40,493 nucleotides of DNA from Bacillales bacterium. Lineage in GTDB: Bacteria; Bacillota_I; Bacilli_A; RFN20; JAISJY01. Each line of letters starts with the position of its first letter. Within the stretch, counting starts at the first letter, position 1. Positions 9,076 through 16,318 of the stretch are shown piece after piece. Location: positions 1 through 40,493 of the forward strand of contig JAISJY010000080.1 of assembly GCA_031261365.1 (NCBI GenBank), in the 5' to 3' direction. The translations under genes and the position numbers were made by a program. The notes under the pieces are model-generated. The model did not search any database and was not told where the DNA came from. It saw only the letters and a program-made list of their open reading frames with translations.

Positions 9076-9516
9076 CTAAAAAGGGGTACGCTCAAAAATT
9101 AAAATAAAATTGCCAGTGATAAAATACACTTCTCCACTAGAATAAAACACTTTTCCATCAGCAATTCTATATTCATAGTACGCAATACTTAATATTTTGT
9201 TTTCAGAAAGACTATCGAAAAAATTAATAATAAGTTTGCATGCAAATTTAATTCTATCATTTTTGTTTTCGGTCGTTTTCTTATAGGGAAAGCCACCAAT
9301 TTGTGAAATAACCCATGAAATTTGCTTGTCTTGAGATAGAGTTCGGTTAAGAACACTCGCTCCGTCTTCATATATTAATTCAATTTTACTAAGATTTTCT
9401 GCTAGAAAGGGGACTTCCAAATTGGGCCATCCTCTAGTGTCGTATCCGCAACCTGAAAGAACTAAACCAAAAACGATAAAGACAAGAAACCGCCGAAACC
9501 GCATGAACTTTGACAT
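9076..9516 (-). CDS. Putative lipoprotein, unknown function
   Basis: Lipobox LVLSGC after a basic/hydrophobic N-terminus (MSKFMRFRRFLVFIVFG). I place the start at ATG 9516, which is preceded by GGAGGA, rather than the track start at 9528. Confidence 0.6.
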   Translation of the reverse strand: MSKFMRFRRFLVFIVFGLVLSGCGYDTRGWPNLEVPFLAENLSKIELIYEDGASVLNRTLSQDKQISWVISQIGGFPYKKTTENKNDRIKFACKLIINFFDSLSENKILSIAYYEYRIADGKVFYSSGEVYFITGNFILIFERTPF

Positions 9517-9543
9517 ATTTTCCTCCATAATTGATATGAAATT

Positions 9544-9552
9544 ATTATACCA
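9544..9552 (-). promoter_or_regulatory. Candidate extended -10 promoter (TGGTATAAT) for the lipoprotein gene
   Basis: The minus strand reads gTGgTATAAT, 15 nt upstream of ATG 9528 and 27 nt upstream of ATG 9516. Confidence 0.4.
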
Positions 9553-9577
9553 CTCTATTTGTATACTTCAATATGTT

Positions 9578-10135
9578 TTATGGGGTTAGTTTTGACTTCT
9601 TTAAATATAAAAAAGCATTATCTGTTTGAAATTGTTGGAAACCTAACTTTTGATAAAGGTTAAGAGCCTTAGTATTAGTTTCATAAACCTCTAAAATAAA
9701 TTGTTTATAAGCACTTTCCTTTATAATAAAATTGATTAAATTAAAAGCAACACCTTGAAGTCTGTTTTCTTCTTTAACAGAAATAAACTCTAAAACACCT
9801 ATTTTATCATTAAGAGGGAAAGGGTATATCTTTTTAGTAAACTCATTATTAAGTTTATAATAAGCCAATAAACCTTTAAATAAACCAAAATGTTTTATTA
9901 ATTCTTTCTTTTTTAAAATAACAGTCGGTAAATTGTTTTTATTTATACCCGCTATACCAATTACTTGTTTATTATCAAGTGCTAAATAAAAAGTATCTAA
10001 AATAAACATATGAGCAAAACCATTAATTAATTTATTTTTATCTTTATTAATAAAAGAGATTTCTTCATAAAAACCATCTATAAAAACAGAACTCATTTGT
10101 TTTCTAGTATTTTCATTAGCTTTTATAAATATCAT
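9578..10135 (-). CDS. GNAT-family N-acetyltransferase
   Basis: 185 aa. Acetyl-CoA-binding style motif VKEENRLQGVAFNLINFI and C-terminal NTKALNLYQKLGF. 4-nt overlap with the upstream ORF. Confidence 0.8.
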   Translation of the reverse strand: MIFIKANENTRKQMSSVFIDGFYEEISFINKDKNKLINGFAHMFILDTFYLALDNKQVIGIAGINKNNLPTVILKKKELIKHFGLFKGLLAYYKLNNEFTKKIYPFPLNDKIGVLEFISVKEENRLQGVAFNLINFIIKESAYKQFILEVYETNTKALNLYQKLGFQQFQTDNAFLYLKKSKLTP

Positions 10136-10638
10136 TGTTCTCTTAAAAAGAACCTAACATAATAATTAGCACTACTTTGAATTAGTTTCATTTTTATTAC
10201 TTCTCTATCTATTTTATCAATGTCTTGTAAAAACATAAATTGTTCATTATTTAAAAACTTAATTTTATAACCATTTAAAGTATAAGTTTCTTTTAATAAA
10301 GGAATAGAAGTCGCTTCACTTTTAAACTTTAAAACACCTGCTTGACTTTTGTCAGGTCTATTGATTAAAACATTAATGCTTTGTAATATTTGTCTTTTTA
10401 TTTCTTGTTTAGTTTCTAAAGGTAAATATTTCAATTCATAATTCATAACTTTATTATCTTGGTTAAAACCTTTAACATTTTTCAAAGAGACATCAAAAAG
10501 TTCGGGAGTTTTAGAAGCAACAACCGCATTATAAAACCATTTAGCTTCTAAAAACATCATCTTTAAAAACCACAAACTATCTTGACTTAAATTAGCTTTG
10601 TTTATTTTTAAATCAATAATATTAGGGTTCTTATTCAT
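10132..10638 (-). CDS. Hypothetical protein; possible N-terminal (pre-RuvC) remnant of a TnpB/IS605-OrfB-like protein
   Basis: 168 aa. Its motifs follow the order of TnpB N-terminal regions: FLEAKWFYNAVV (like ...RFVYN..L), then GVLKFKSEATSIP (like GFPKFKSK...S), then YKIKF...EVIKMKLIQSSANYYVRFFL (like the strand pair ending ...GKYYvsi). The ORF stops where the first RuvC motif (GIDxG) would begin. Pattern recognition only. Confidence 0.4.
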   Translation of the reverse strand: MNKNPNIIDLKINKANLSQDSLWFLKMMFLEAKWFYNAVVASKTPELFDVSLKNVKGFNQDNKVMNYELKYLPLETKQEIKRQILQSINVLINRPDKSQAGVLKFKSEATSIPLLKETYTLNGYKIKFLNNEQFMFLQDIDKIDREVIKMKLIQSSANYYVRFFLREQ

Positions 10639-11722
10639 CTTTTATTCTTTCAAAAAGTTCTAAAGCTTTTTCAATAGTCTTGTCCATATCTAAATACGCA
10701 AAAGAACCTAACCTTCCTCCAAAAATAACCTTATTATCTTTTTGAGCTAAACTTAAATACTTTTGGTAAATGTTATTATTTTTTTCATCATTTATTGGGT
10801 AGTAAGCTTCTTTTCCCAGAGTCCAACTTTCTGAATATTCTTTAGTAATAAGAGTTTTAGGACCTCTTCTAAAATTAAAATGTTGGTGTTCTATAATACG
10901 GGTGAATGGTTCTTGATTAGAAGCATAATTAATGACAGCATTACCTTGAAAATCAGCAACATCTAGGTATTCGTCTTCAAATCTTAAACTTCTATAAGAG
11001 AGAGGACCAAACTTATAATCATAATATTCATCTATTTGTCCTGTGAAAATAATTTTATCATATTCAATATTATTTTTATTAGTAAAGAAATCATAATTTA
11101 ATTTAGTATCTATTCCTTCTAAAAGTTTTTCAATTAATTCAGTATAACCATTTGTCGCTATTCCTTGATAAATATCATTAAAGTAGTTGTTATCATAAAC
11201 AAATCTAATCGGTAATCTTTTAATAATGAAAGAAGGTAAGTTAATCGGAGCAGTTCCCCATTGTTTAGTAGTATAGTCTTTGATTAATTTTTCATATATT
11301 TCTTTACCAACCAATGATAAGGCTTGTTCTTCTAAATTATTAATTGTCGTGTATTTAACTTTTTCTTTTTCTAATTTTTCACGAGCCTCTTGAGGTGTTT
11401 TAGTCTTAAATAATTGATAAAAAGTATACATATTAAAAGGCAAGTTATAAAGAGTTCCTTTATAGTTGGCTAAAGGGCAATTAATGAAGTTATTAAAATT
11501 AACAAAACCATTGACATAATCCCAAACCTTTTTATTAGAAGTATGAAAAATATGAGCTCCATACTTGTGCACGATTATTCCTTCTTTATTATAAGTGTAG
11601 ATATTCCCACCTAAATGTTCTCGTTTATCAATAACTAAAACCTTTTTATTTATTTTGGTTAATTCATGAGCCATAACTGCCCCAAATAAACCACTACCAA
11701 CAATTAAATAATCATATTTCAT
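10631..11722 (-). CDS. glf: UDP-galactopyranose mutase
   Basis: 363 aa. FAD motif YLIVGSGLFGAV, then DKREHLGGN and GAHIFHT. The length and C-terminal GRLGSFAYLDMD are typical of Glf. Confidence 0.92.
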   Translation of the reverse strand: MKYDYLIVGSGLFGAVMAHELTKINKKVLVIDKREHLGGNIYTYNKEGIIVHKYGAHIFHTSNKKVWDYVNGFVNFNNFINCPLANYKGTLYNLPFNMYTFYQLFKTKTPQEAREKLEKEKVKYTTINNLEEQALSLVGKEIYEKLIKDYTTKQWGTAPINLPSFIIKRLPIRFVYDNNYFNDIYQGIATNGYTELIEKLLEGIDTKLNYDFFTNKNNIEYDKIIFTGQIDEYYDYKFGPLSYRSLRFEDEYLDVADFQGNAVINYASNQEPFTRIIEHQHFNFRRGPKTLITKEYSESWTLGKEAYYPINDEKNNNIYQKYLSLAQKDNKVIFGGRLGSFAYLDMDKTIEKALELFERIKDE

Positions 11723-11723
11723 T

Positions 11724-12743
11724 TTAATACCCTAACTTCTTTTGAACATATTTATAACCTCTATTGTAGACTATTCTTTGTAAGAAATAAGGTAGTCCAC
11801 CAATCCAACCAACCATTGTAAAGAAGAAAAGATGTCGGTATAATTTTATATCATGTTTCTTATATTCTCTTTTAATACTCCTAATTAATTTTATTTTATC
11901 TTTGGAATATTCAAAGGTTGTAAATAAAATCGCAATTAAATAGATATCTTCTATTTGTTTGAAAGTAATATTTCTTAATCCTTTGGAGAGTTTTTTAATC
12001 TCTTTATAAGAATAAGCGTAGAAAGCTTCATTTAAAACAAACAAATAATCTTTATATTTTTTAACACTTATTGAAACATTAATGGACTGGTCAGGTCTTC
12101 CAATAAAATATCTATATAAGTTAATCGGTAAATAATAAATATCTTTAACTAAAGGCATTACCATATAAGAAAACAATAAATCATCATAAGAAATCTTCAG
12201 AGGTAGGGAGATGTTAGCTTGTTTCAGAATAGATAGTTTAGCGGAAAAAGCATGTATCATAATTGGAGAAAAGACAGAGAAGTGACGGACCGAATTCCAA
12301 TTAGTTATTTGATTACTTGTCATATTAGTATATTCATGAAGAATAGATTTATTAGTATAAACATGTTCGTGAACATAATTAGTAAAGTAAATATCAATGT
12401 TTATCTTTTGATTATAATGTTCTTCTATTTTATCTAGAAAGGTTAATAAAGCTGTTTCGTCAAACCAATCATCAGAATCTAATACTTTAAAAAATAAACC
12501 ACTTCCTCTTTTTATACCTTCATTTATAGCAGAGCCATGTCCTCCATTTTCTTTATCTATGACAATAAAAATATTAGGGTAAGATAATTGATATTCTTGG
12601 GCTATCTTTAAGGTATTATCTTTGGAACCATCATTGACTATTAGAACTTCTAATTTTTCACCACCACAGAGACAAGAGTTTAAACATTTTCTTAAATATT
12701 CCTGACTGTTATAGCAAGGAACCACAATTGTTAATAGTTTCAT
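11724..12743 (-). CDS. Family 2 glycosyltransferase (candidate galactofuranosyltransferase or synthase)
   Basis: 339 aa. Motifs VVPCYNSQEYL, NDGSKDNT and VLDSDDWF (DxD). It sits 1 nt upstream of glf. Confidence 0.88.
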   Translation of the reverse strand: MKLLTIVVPCYNSQEYLRKCLNSCLCGGEKLEVLIVNDGSKDNTLKIAQEYQLSYPNIFIVIDKENGGHGSAINEGIKRGSGLFFKVLDSDDWFDETALLTFLDKIEEHYNQKINIDIYFTNYVHEHVYTNKSILHEYTNMTSNQITNWNSVRHFSVFSPIMIHAFSAKLSILKQANISLPLKISYDDLLFSYMVMPLVKDIYYLPINLYRYFIGRPDQSINVSISVKKYKDYLFVLNEAFYAYSYKEIKKLSKGLRNITFKQIEDIYLIAILFTTFEYSKDKIKLIRSIKREYKKHDIKLYRHLFFFTMVGWIGGLPYFLQRIVYNRGYKYVQKKLGY

Positions 12744-12749
12744 TTAATA

Positions 12750-12755
12750 ATTATA
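12750..12755 (-). promoter_or_regulatory. -10 box TATAAT, 6 nt upstream of the GT2 ATG (leaderless candidate)
   Basis: The minus strand reads tTGatATATAAT-tattaa-ATG. There is no Shine-Dalgarno, and a TG lies upstream in a possible extended -10 register. Confidence 0.45.
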
Positions 12756-12840
12756 TATCAAAAAGTCTAATTGGTTTTTAAGAAAATACAAATTGTTAAA
12801 TGAAGAAGTAAAAAGTTGCTTAATATTATTTTGATTTTTG

Positions 12841-12846
12841 TATAAT
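12841..12846 (+). promoter_or_regulatory. -10 box TATAAT, 6 nt upstream of ATG 12853 (leaderless candidate)
   Basis: tttTGTATAAT-aagagt-ATG. The nearest -35-like hexamer, TTGCTT at 12816-12821, has a 19-nt spacer, which is poor. Confidence 0.4.
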
Positions 12847-12852
12847 AAGAGT

Positions 12853-13554
12853 ATGAAAGAAAAAGTGTTATCGGTTGTTTTATTAGCTCTATCAATGTTT
12901 TTGTTTCTTTTAGTATTTTATGTTGGAAGAGATCATTTTTTAATTCCTTTTTTACATATTAATTTTAAATCAATATACTTATATATTTTTCTTATATCAG
13001 CAATGATGGTTGTAGCTGTTTGGGTGTTGTTTTTTGTTAAAAAGACACAAGATATTGCTTTTTTTATGTTGAAATATGCTTTTGTTTTTGTTTTTATTTT
13101 TATAATGTTCATGTCATTACTTGGTAATATGACATATTCTTATACTTCTTCTTTGAGTGAATATATGCATATTTCTAATCAAGATAAAGCGTATATGAAG
13201 AATAATAATTACTTTGATTTATTTCCAGCAAATACAGACAAAGGAACTCTTGATTTTTATTTTTATTATTCTGAAACGGGATTTCTTAGTGACCTTGTAA
13301 TTGATTTTACAATTATATATGATAATGAAACATTTTATAATGAAGAAGTTGATAGATTAAATATTTTTTCTGTTAATCATCAGCTCCGTTGGGATGGGAA
13401 TATGGCTTATTATTCTCCTTTTATTTCTAATCGTGGTTTTGTTTTAAATGAAGAAGGAAAAAGTATTAAATATTTTCTAACTAGGTTTTATGGCAAAGAT
13501 ATTTATTATGAACAATACATAAAACATATTAAGGACGAAGTCACATTTTATTGA
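12853..13554 (+). CDS. Hypothetical polytopic membrane protein
   Basis: About 233 aa from ATG 12853 (MKEKVLSVVLLAL...). The track start at 12838 is a TTG that overlaps the TATAAT box. There are three or four hydrophobic helices, then a Tyr/Asn/Phe-rich soluble domain. I recognise no family. Confidence 0.6.
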   Translation: MKEKVLSVVLLALSMFLFLLVFYVGRDHFLIPFLHINFKSIYLYIFLISAMMVVAVWVLFFVKKTQDIAFFMLKYAFVFVFIFIMFMSLLGNMTYSYTSSLSEYMHISNQDKAYMKNNNYFDLFPANTDKGTLDFYFYYSETGFLSDLVIDFTIIYDNETFYNEEVDRLNIFSVNHQLRWDGNMAYYSPFISNRGFVLNEEGKSIKYFLTRFYGKDIYYEQYIKHIKDEVTFY

Positions 13555-13568
13555 ACTATGTTTGTTTT

Positions 13569-13969
13569 CTAGTTTTGCCCTAGTTTTCTCCGCAAAGCCT
13601 CTGCACTTACCGCCGATATATTCACTTTTCGTTTTTCTGCCATATATTTCAAATTATATGGTAATGTTATACTTGTTTTAACAGCTCGATTATCGTTGAG
13701 CTTGCGGTATTCCATTGTATCACAAGCGATAAGAGATACAAACTCGTTTGCTTTTATTTTTATATCTTTAATATTGCTTGGCTTTGGTAATTTTAATCCT
13801 TTATCTTCAGCGTGTAATAAAGACAATGGTAAGACATCGTTTGCCATAAATAGTGCCTCTTCTAATGTTTCACCACTTGTAAAGACGCCGATTTCTGTTT
13901 CTTCAAAGTCAGGGAATAAGACAGAATATCCTCCTCTGTAAATATTGCTGGATAAACATATTTTGCCAT
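13569..13969 (-). pseudogene. hicB: HicB-family antitoxin, disrupted by a 1-nt frameshift; no hicA partner
   Basis: GGAGG, 5 nt, then ATG 13969 gives MAKYVYPAIFTEE. This frame runs into a stop after about 33 codons. The adjacent frame continues GGYSVLFPDFEETEIGVFTSGETLEEALFMANDVLPL..., ending in an RHH-like tail (VKTSITLPYNLKYMAEKRKVNISAVSAEALRRKL) and TAG at 13569-13571. The frames switch within GAGGAGGA at about 13928-13936. The track shows only the 92-aa distal part. Confidence 0.7.
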
Positions 13970-14006
13970 AATTTCCTCCTTAGTTTTTCCGCCCCTCTTG
14001 GTTTAT

Positions 14007-14035
14007 ATTATACGCATAATTATACGCATTGTCAA
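14007..14035 (-). promoter_or_regulatory. Consensus promoter TTGACA-17-TATAAT for hicB, built on a tandem 11-mer (ATGCGTATAAT x2)
   Basis: The minus strand reads TTGACA ATGCGTATAAT T ATGCGTATAAT. The second copy supplies the -10 box and the first fills the spacer. On the plus strand the copies are ATTATACGCAT at 14007-14017 and 14019-14029. Confidence 0.65.
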
Positions 14036-14160
14036 TGTTTTTTATAAATGGTGTATCGCTTTAGTTTTCTACTTAAATAAAAATATTAAAAAAAGATATT
14101 TCAAAGTTATGTTTAACAAATAAAACAACAAGGAATAGTTATTAAGAATAGTCAATTCGT

Positions 14161-14189
14161 TTGACAAAAAAATTAATAAATAATAAAAT
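14161..14189 (+). promoter_or_regulatory. Promoter TTGACA-17-TAAAAT, 6 nt upstream of the response-regulator ATG (leaderless candidate)
   Basis: TTGACA at 14161-14166, a 17-nt spacer, TAAAAT at 14184-14189, then agtctt and ATG 14196. No Shine-Dalgarno. Confidence 0.6.
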
Positions 14190-14195
14190 AGTCTT

Positions 14196-14906
14196 ATGAA
14201 TATTAAAATAGCAATAGTAGATGATACTTTAAGTGAATATGAGAATTTAAAGAATTACATTTCTAAATATTTTAAAAATAGTCAAGATGTTGTTACCATT
14301 AGTTATTTTTCAGATGGCAAAGAAATCGTTGCTAAATACAAAGGTGATTTTGATATTATTTTAATGGACATTGATATGCCAATTATGGATGGAATGACTG
14401 CCGCCTTTAAAATAAGAGAAATAGACAAGGAAGTGGTTATTGTTTTTATAACTAATTTATCTACCTACGCTATTAAAGGTTATGAAGTCAATGCTTTAAG
14501 TTATTTATTAAAGCCTCTAAACTATTTTATCTTTTCCGAACAAATGAATAAAATTGTTGAAAGATTAAAAAAGAATATTAAACAAAGTATTTTAGTTACA
14601 ACATCAACATCAACCGATAAAGTTTTAATCAAAGATATTTTATACATTGAATCAGATGGGCATTATGTAGAAATAGTTACGAGTAAAGAAAAGTATTTTA
14701 CTAATGGTCCTTTAAAGAAATATGAACAAAACTTTTCTGATACTTTTGCTAAATGTAATAACAATTATCTAGTAAATCTATCTAATGTAGCCTCAGTTAA
14801 AGGAGATTTAGTATTGCTTTCTAAATGTGATTATAAATTAAAAATATCTCGGCAAAAGAAAAAAGTGTTTTTAGAAAGTTTAATGAAACACATAGGAGGA
14901 AACTAA
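14196..14906 (+). CDS. LytR/AlgR (LytTR)-family response regulator
   Basis: 236 aa. Receiver domain motifs IAIVDD, acceptor context IILMDIDMP and YLLKP. C-terminal LytTR domain (ILYIESDGHYVEIVT...NNNYLVNL). Confidence 0.92.
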   Translation: MNIKIAIVDDTLSEYENLKNYISKYFKNSQDVVTISYFSDGKEIVAKYKGDFDIILMDIDMPIMDGMTAAFKIREIDKEVVIVFITNLSTYAIKGYEVNALSYLLKPLNYFIFSEQMNKIVERLKKNIKQSILVTTSTSTDKVLIKDILYIESDGHYVEIVTSKEKYFTNGPLKKYEQNFSDTFAKCNNNYLVNLSNVASVKGDLVLLSKCDYKLKISRQKKKVFLESLMKHIGGN

Positions 14907-16210
14907 TGGACTTTCCAGAAATGTTACTAACCCCACCTCGTTTTTACACAGGTTTAGCAGAGTTTTTAGGTTGTTTACTTTTTATTATTCCTAGTCAAAA
15001 AAGGTTTAGTAGAAAGGTTACTGCTTTATTACTTTTAGTTTTTGCTATTGTTCAAATATTATTTCAATTACTATGTGGTATTATGCCTTTGTGGTTTTGG
15101 GTTATTGGTATGATAACCGCTGTTCTTATTATGGGCTTTTTTGTTCTCTTAATAAGCAAATATTCTTTATTAAAATGTATTCACTATACTTTGTTTGGTT
15201 TCATTATGGCAGAGTTCTTCGCTTCAATTGAATGGCAATTATATGCTTTTATTTTTAATGCAACTGAAGGTCAGTCTAAAACATTTGATGTACCTTTAAT
15301 GATTATAGTTTTTAGTGCTTTGTTTTCAAGTTTCTTATTTATTGAATTGTTTTCTAATAAGAAATATAAAGATTTTGAAGTATCTCTAGTTGATACAATA
15401 TTAGTTGTCTTTATCTCTTTAAGTGTTTTCACTATTTCTAATTTATCATTTTTAACACAAAATACTCCTTTTTCAACTTATAACAGTATTAATTATATTA
15501 GGACTCTAGTTGATTTATTAGGTGTTGCTATCTTTTATATTTACCGTATTTATAAGGTCTCTTTTAAAATGGGTATAGAAACTCAAGCAATGTCAAATAT
15601 CTTGCATAAAAATTATGACCAATATCGGCAATTCCAAAATACCATAGAAATATTTAATCAAAAATATCACGACTTTAAACATCAAATCGCGACCATTCGT
15701 TTAGAAAATGATAGTAATAAAAGGGAACAATATTTAGAAGAATTAGAAAATAATATTAAATCATTAAATGTTAAGTTTAATACAGGTAATGACATTTTAG
15801 ATAATATTTTAGCTTCCAAAGGTATGATATGTATTGAAAACAATATTACATTTACTTGTGTAGTAGATGGTTTTTTATTAAATGAAATATCTATTATGGA
15901 TTTATGTGCTATCTTTGGTAATGCTTTAGATAATGCTATATCAGCTGTTAAAAAGACTTCAGAGATAGAGAAAAGAGTTATTAATGTGGCTGTTTTTGCT
16001 AAAGATGAATTAGTTATTATTAGGTTTGAAAACTATTATGAAAGTGAAATTATCTTTAAAGACGGTTCATTTATTACAACTAAAAATGACCAAAAGTATC
16101 ATGGGTTTGGTATTAAGAGCATTCAAAATATTGTCAGCAAATATGATGGTCAAATTAGTATAGATACAAACAATAATTGGTTTAAGTTAATAATCATGTT
16201 GCACAAGTAA
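14906..16210 (+). CDS. AgrC/ComD-like (HPK10, GHKL) membrane sensor histidine kinase
   Basis: 434 aa with about six TM helices in the first ~215 aa. H-box YHDFKHQIATIRL, N-box GNALDNAI and G-box HGFGIKSI. 1-nt overlap with the regulator gene (TAATG). Confidence 0.88.
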   Translation: MDFPEMLLTPPRFYTGLAEFLGCLLFIIPSQKRFSRKVTALLLLVFAIVQILFQLLCGIMPLWFWVIGMITAVLIMGFFVLLISKYSLLKCIHYTLFGFIMAEFFASIEWQLYAFIFNATEGQSKTFDVPLMIIVFSALFSSFLFIELFSNKKYKDFEVSLVDTILVVFISLSVFTISNLSFLTQNTPFSTYNSINYIRTLVDLLGVAIFYIYRIYKVSFKMGIETQAMSNILHKNYDQYRQFQNTIEIFNQKYHDFKHQIATIRLENDSNKREQYLEELENNIKSLNVKFNTGNDILDNILASKGMICIENNITFTCVVDGFLLNEISIMDLCAIFGNALDNAISAVKKTSEIEKRVINVAVFAKDELVIIRFENYYESEIIFKDGSFITTKNDQKYHGFGIKSIQNIVSKYDGQISIDTNNNWFKLIIMLHK

Positions 16211-16318
16211 AGAAGGGGTGAAATTACCAATTGTGTCAAAAAAAAGGCAGGTTATGCAATTTTTGAGGTGTAAGCGTTTCCAAGGTTTATAATTGAGAAT
16301 ATCAAGGGAGGATATATA

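Noticed and set aside
9189-9371. 60-aa minus-strand ORF nested in the 9076-9516 lipoprotein gene
   Set aside because: It is an alternative frame of the same strand, entirely inside the longer ORF that carries a signal peptide and lipobox.
12838-12852. Track start codons that I moved: TTG 12838, TTG 19873, ATG 28742, GTG 28519, ATG 9528
   Set aside because: Each upstream start overlaps a -10 box, a terminator stem or the Shine-Dalgarno of a better-placed in-frame ATG (12853, 19906, 28754, 28510, 9516). The downstream starts give canonical N-termini: a signal peptide, a Rossmann motif, or MRKTKIVCTLGP.
13696-13941. 81-aa plus-strand ORF
   Set aside because: It is the antisense of the frameshifted hicB gene. 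The minus strand carries clear HicB motifs, a Shine-Dalgarno and a consensus promoter.
16249-16289. AGGTT/AGGTG/AGGTT pentamers spaced 17 bp apart upstream of the first GH3, considered as LytTR binding repeats
   Set aside because: They are only 5 nt long and match the published 9-bp LytTR half-site consensus poorly. The 17-bp spacing differs from the usual ~21 bp. I kept them only as a note for experimental testing.
16254-16292. 12-codon ORF (MQFLRCKRFQGL, Cys-containing) between the AgrC-like kinase and the GH3 gene, considered as a possible autoinducing-peptide precursor
   Set aside because: It has no convincing Shine-Dalgarno and is far shorter than AgrD-type precursors. There is no AgrB-like processing gene, and it overlaps the candidate GH3 promoter. 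It is most likely chance.
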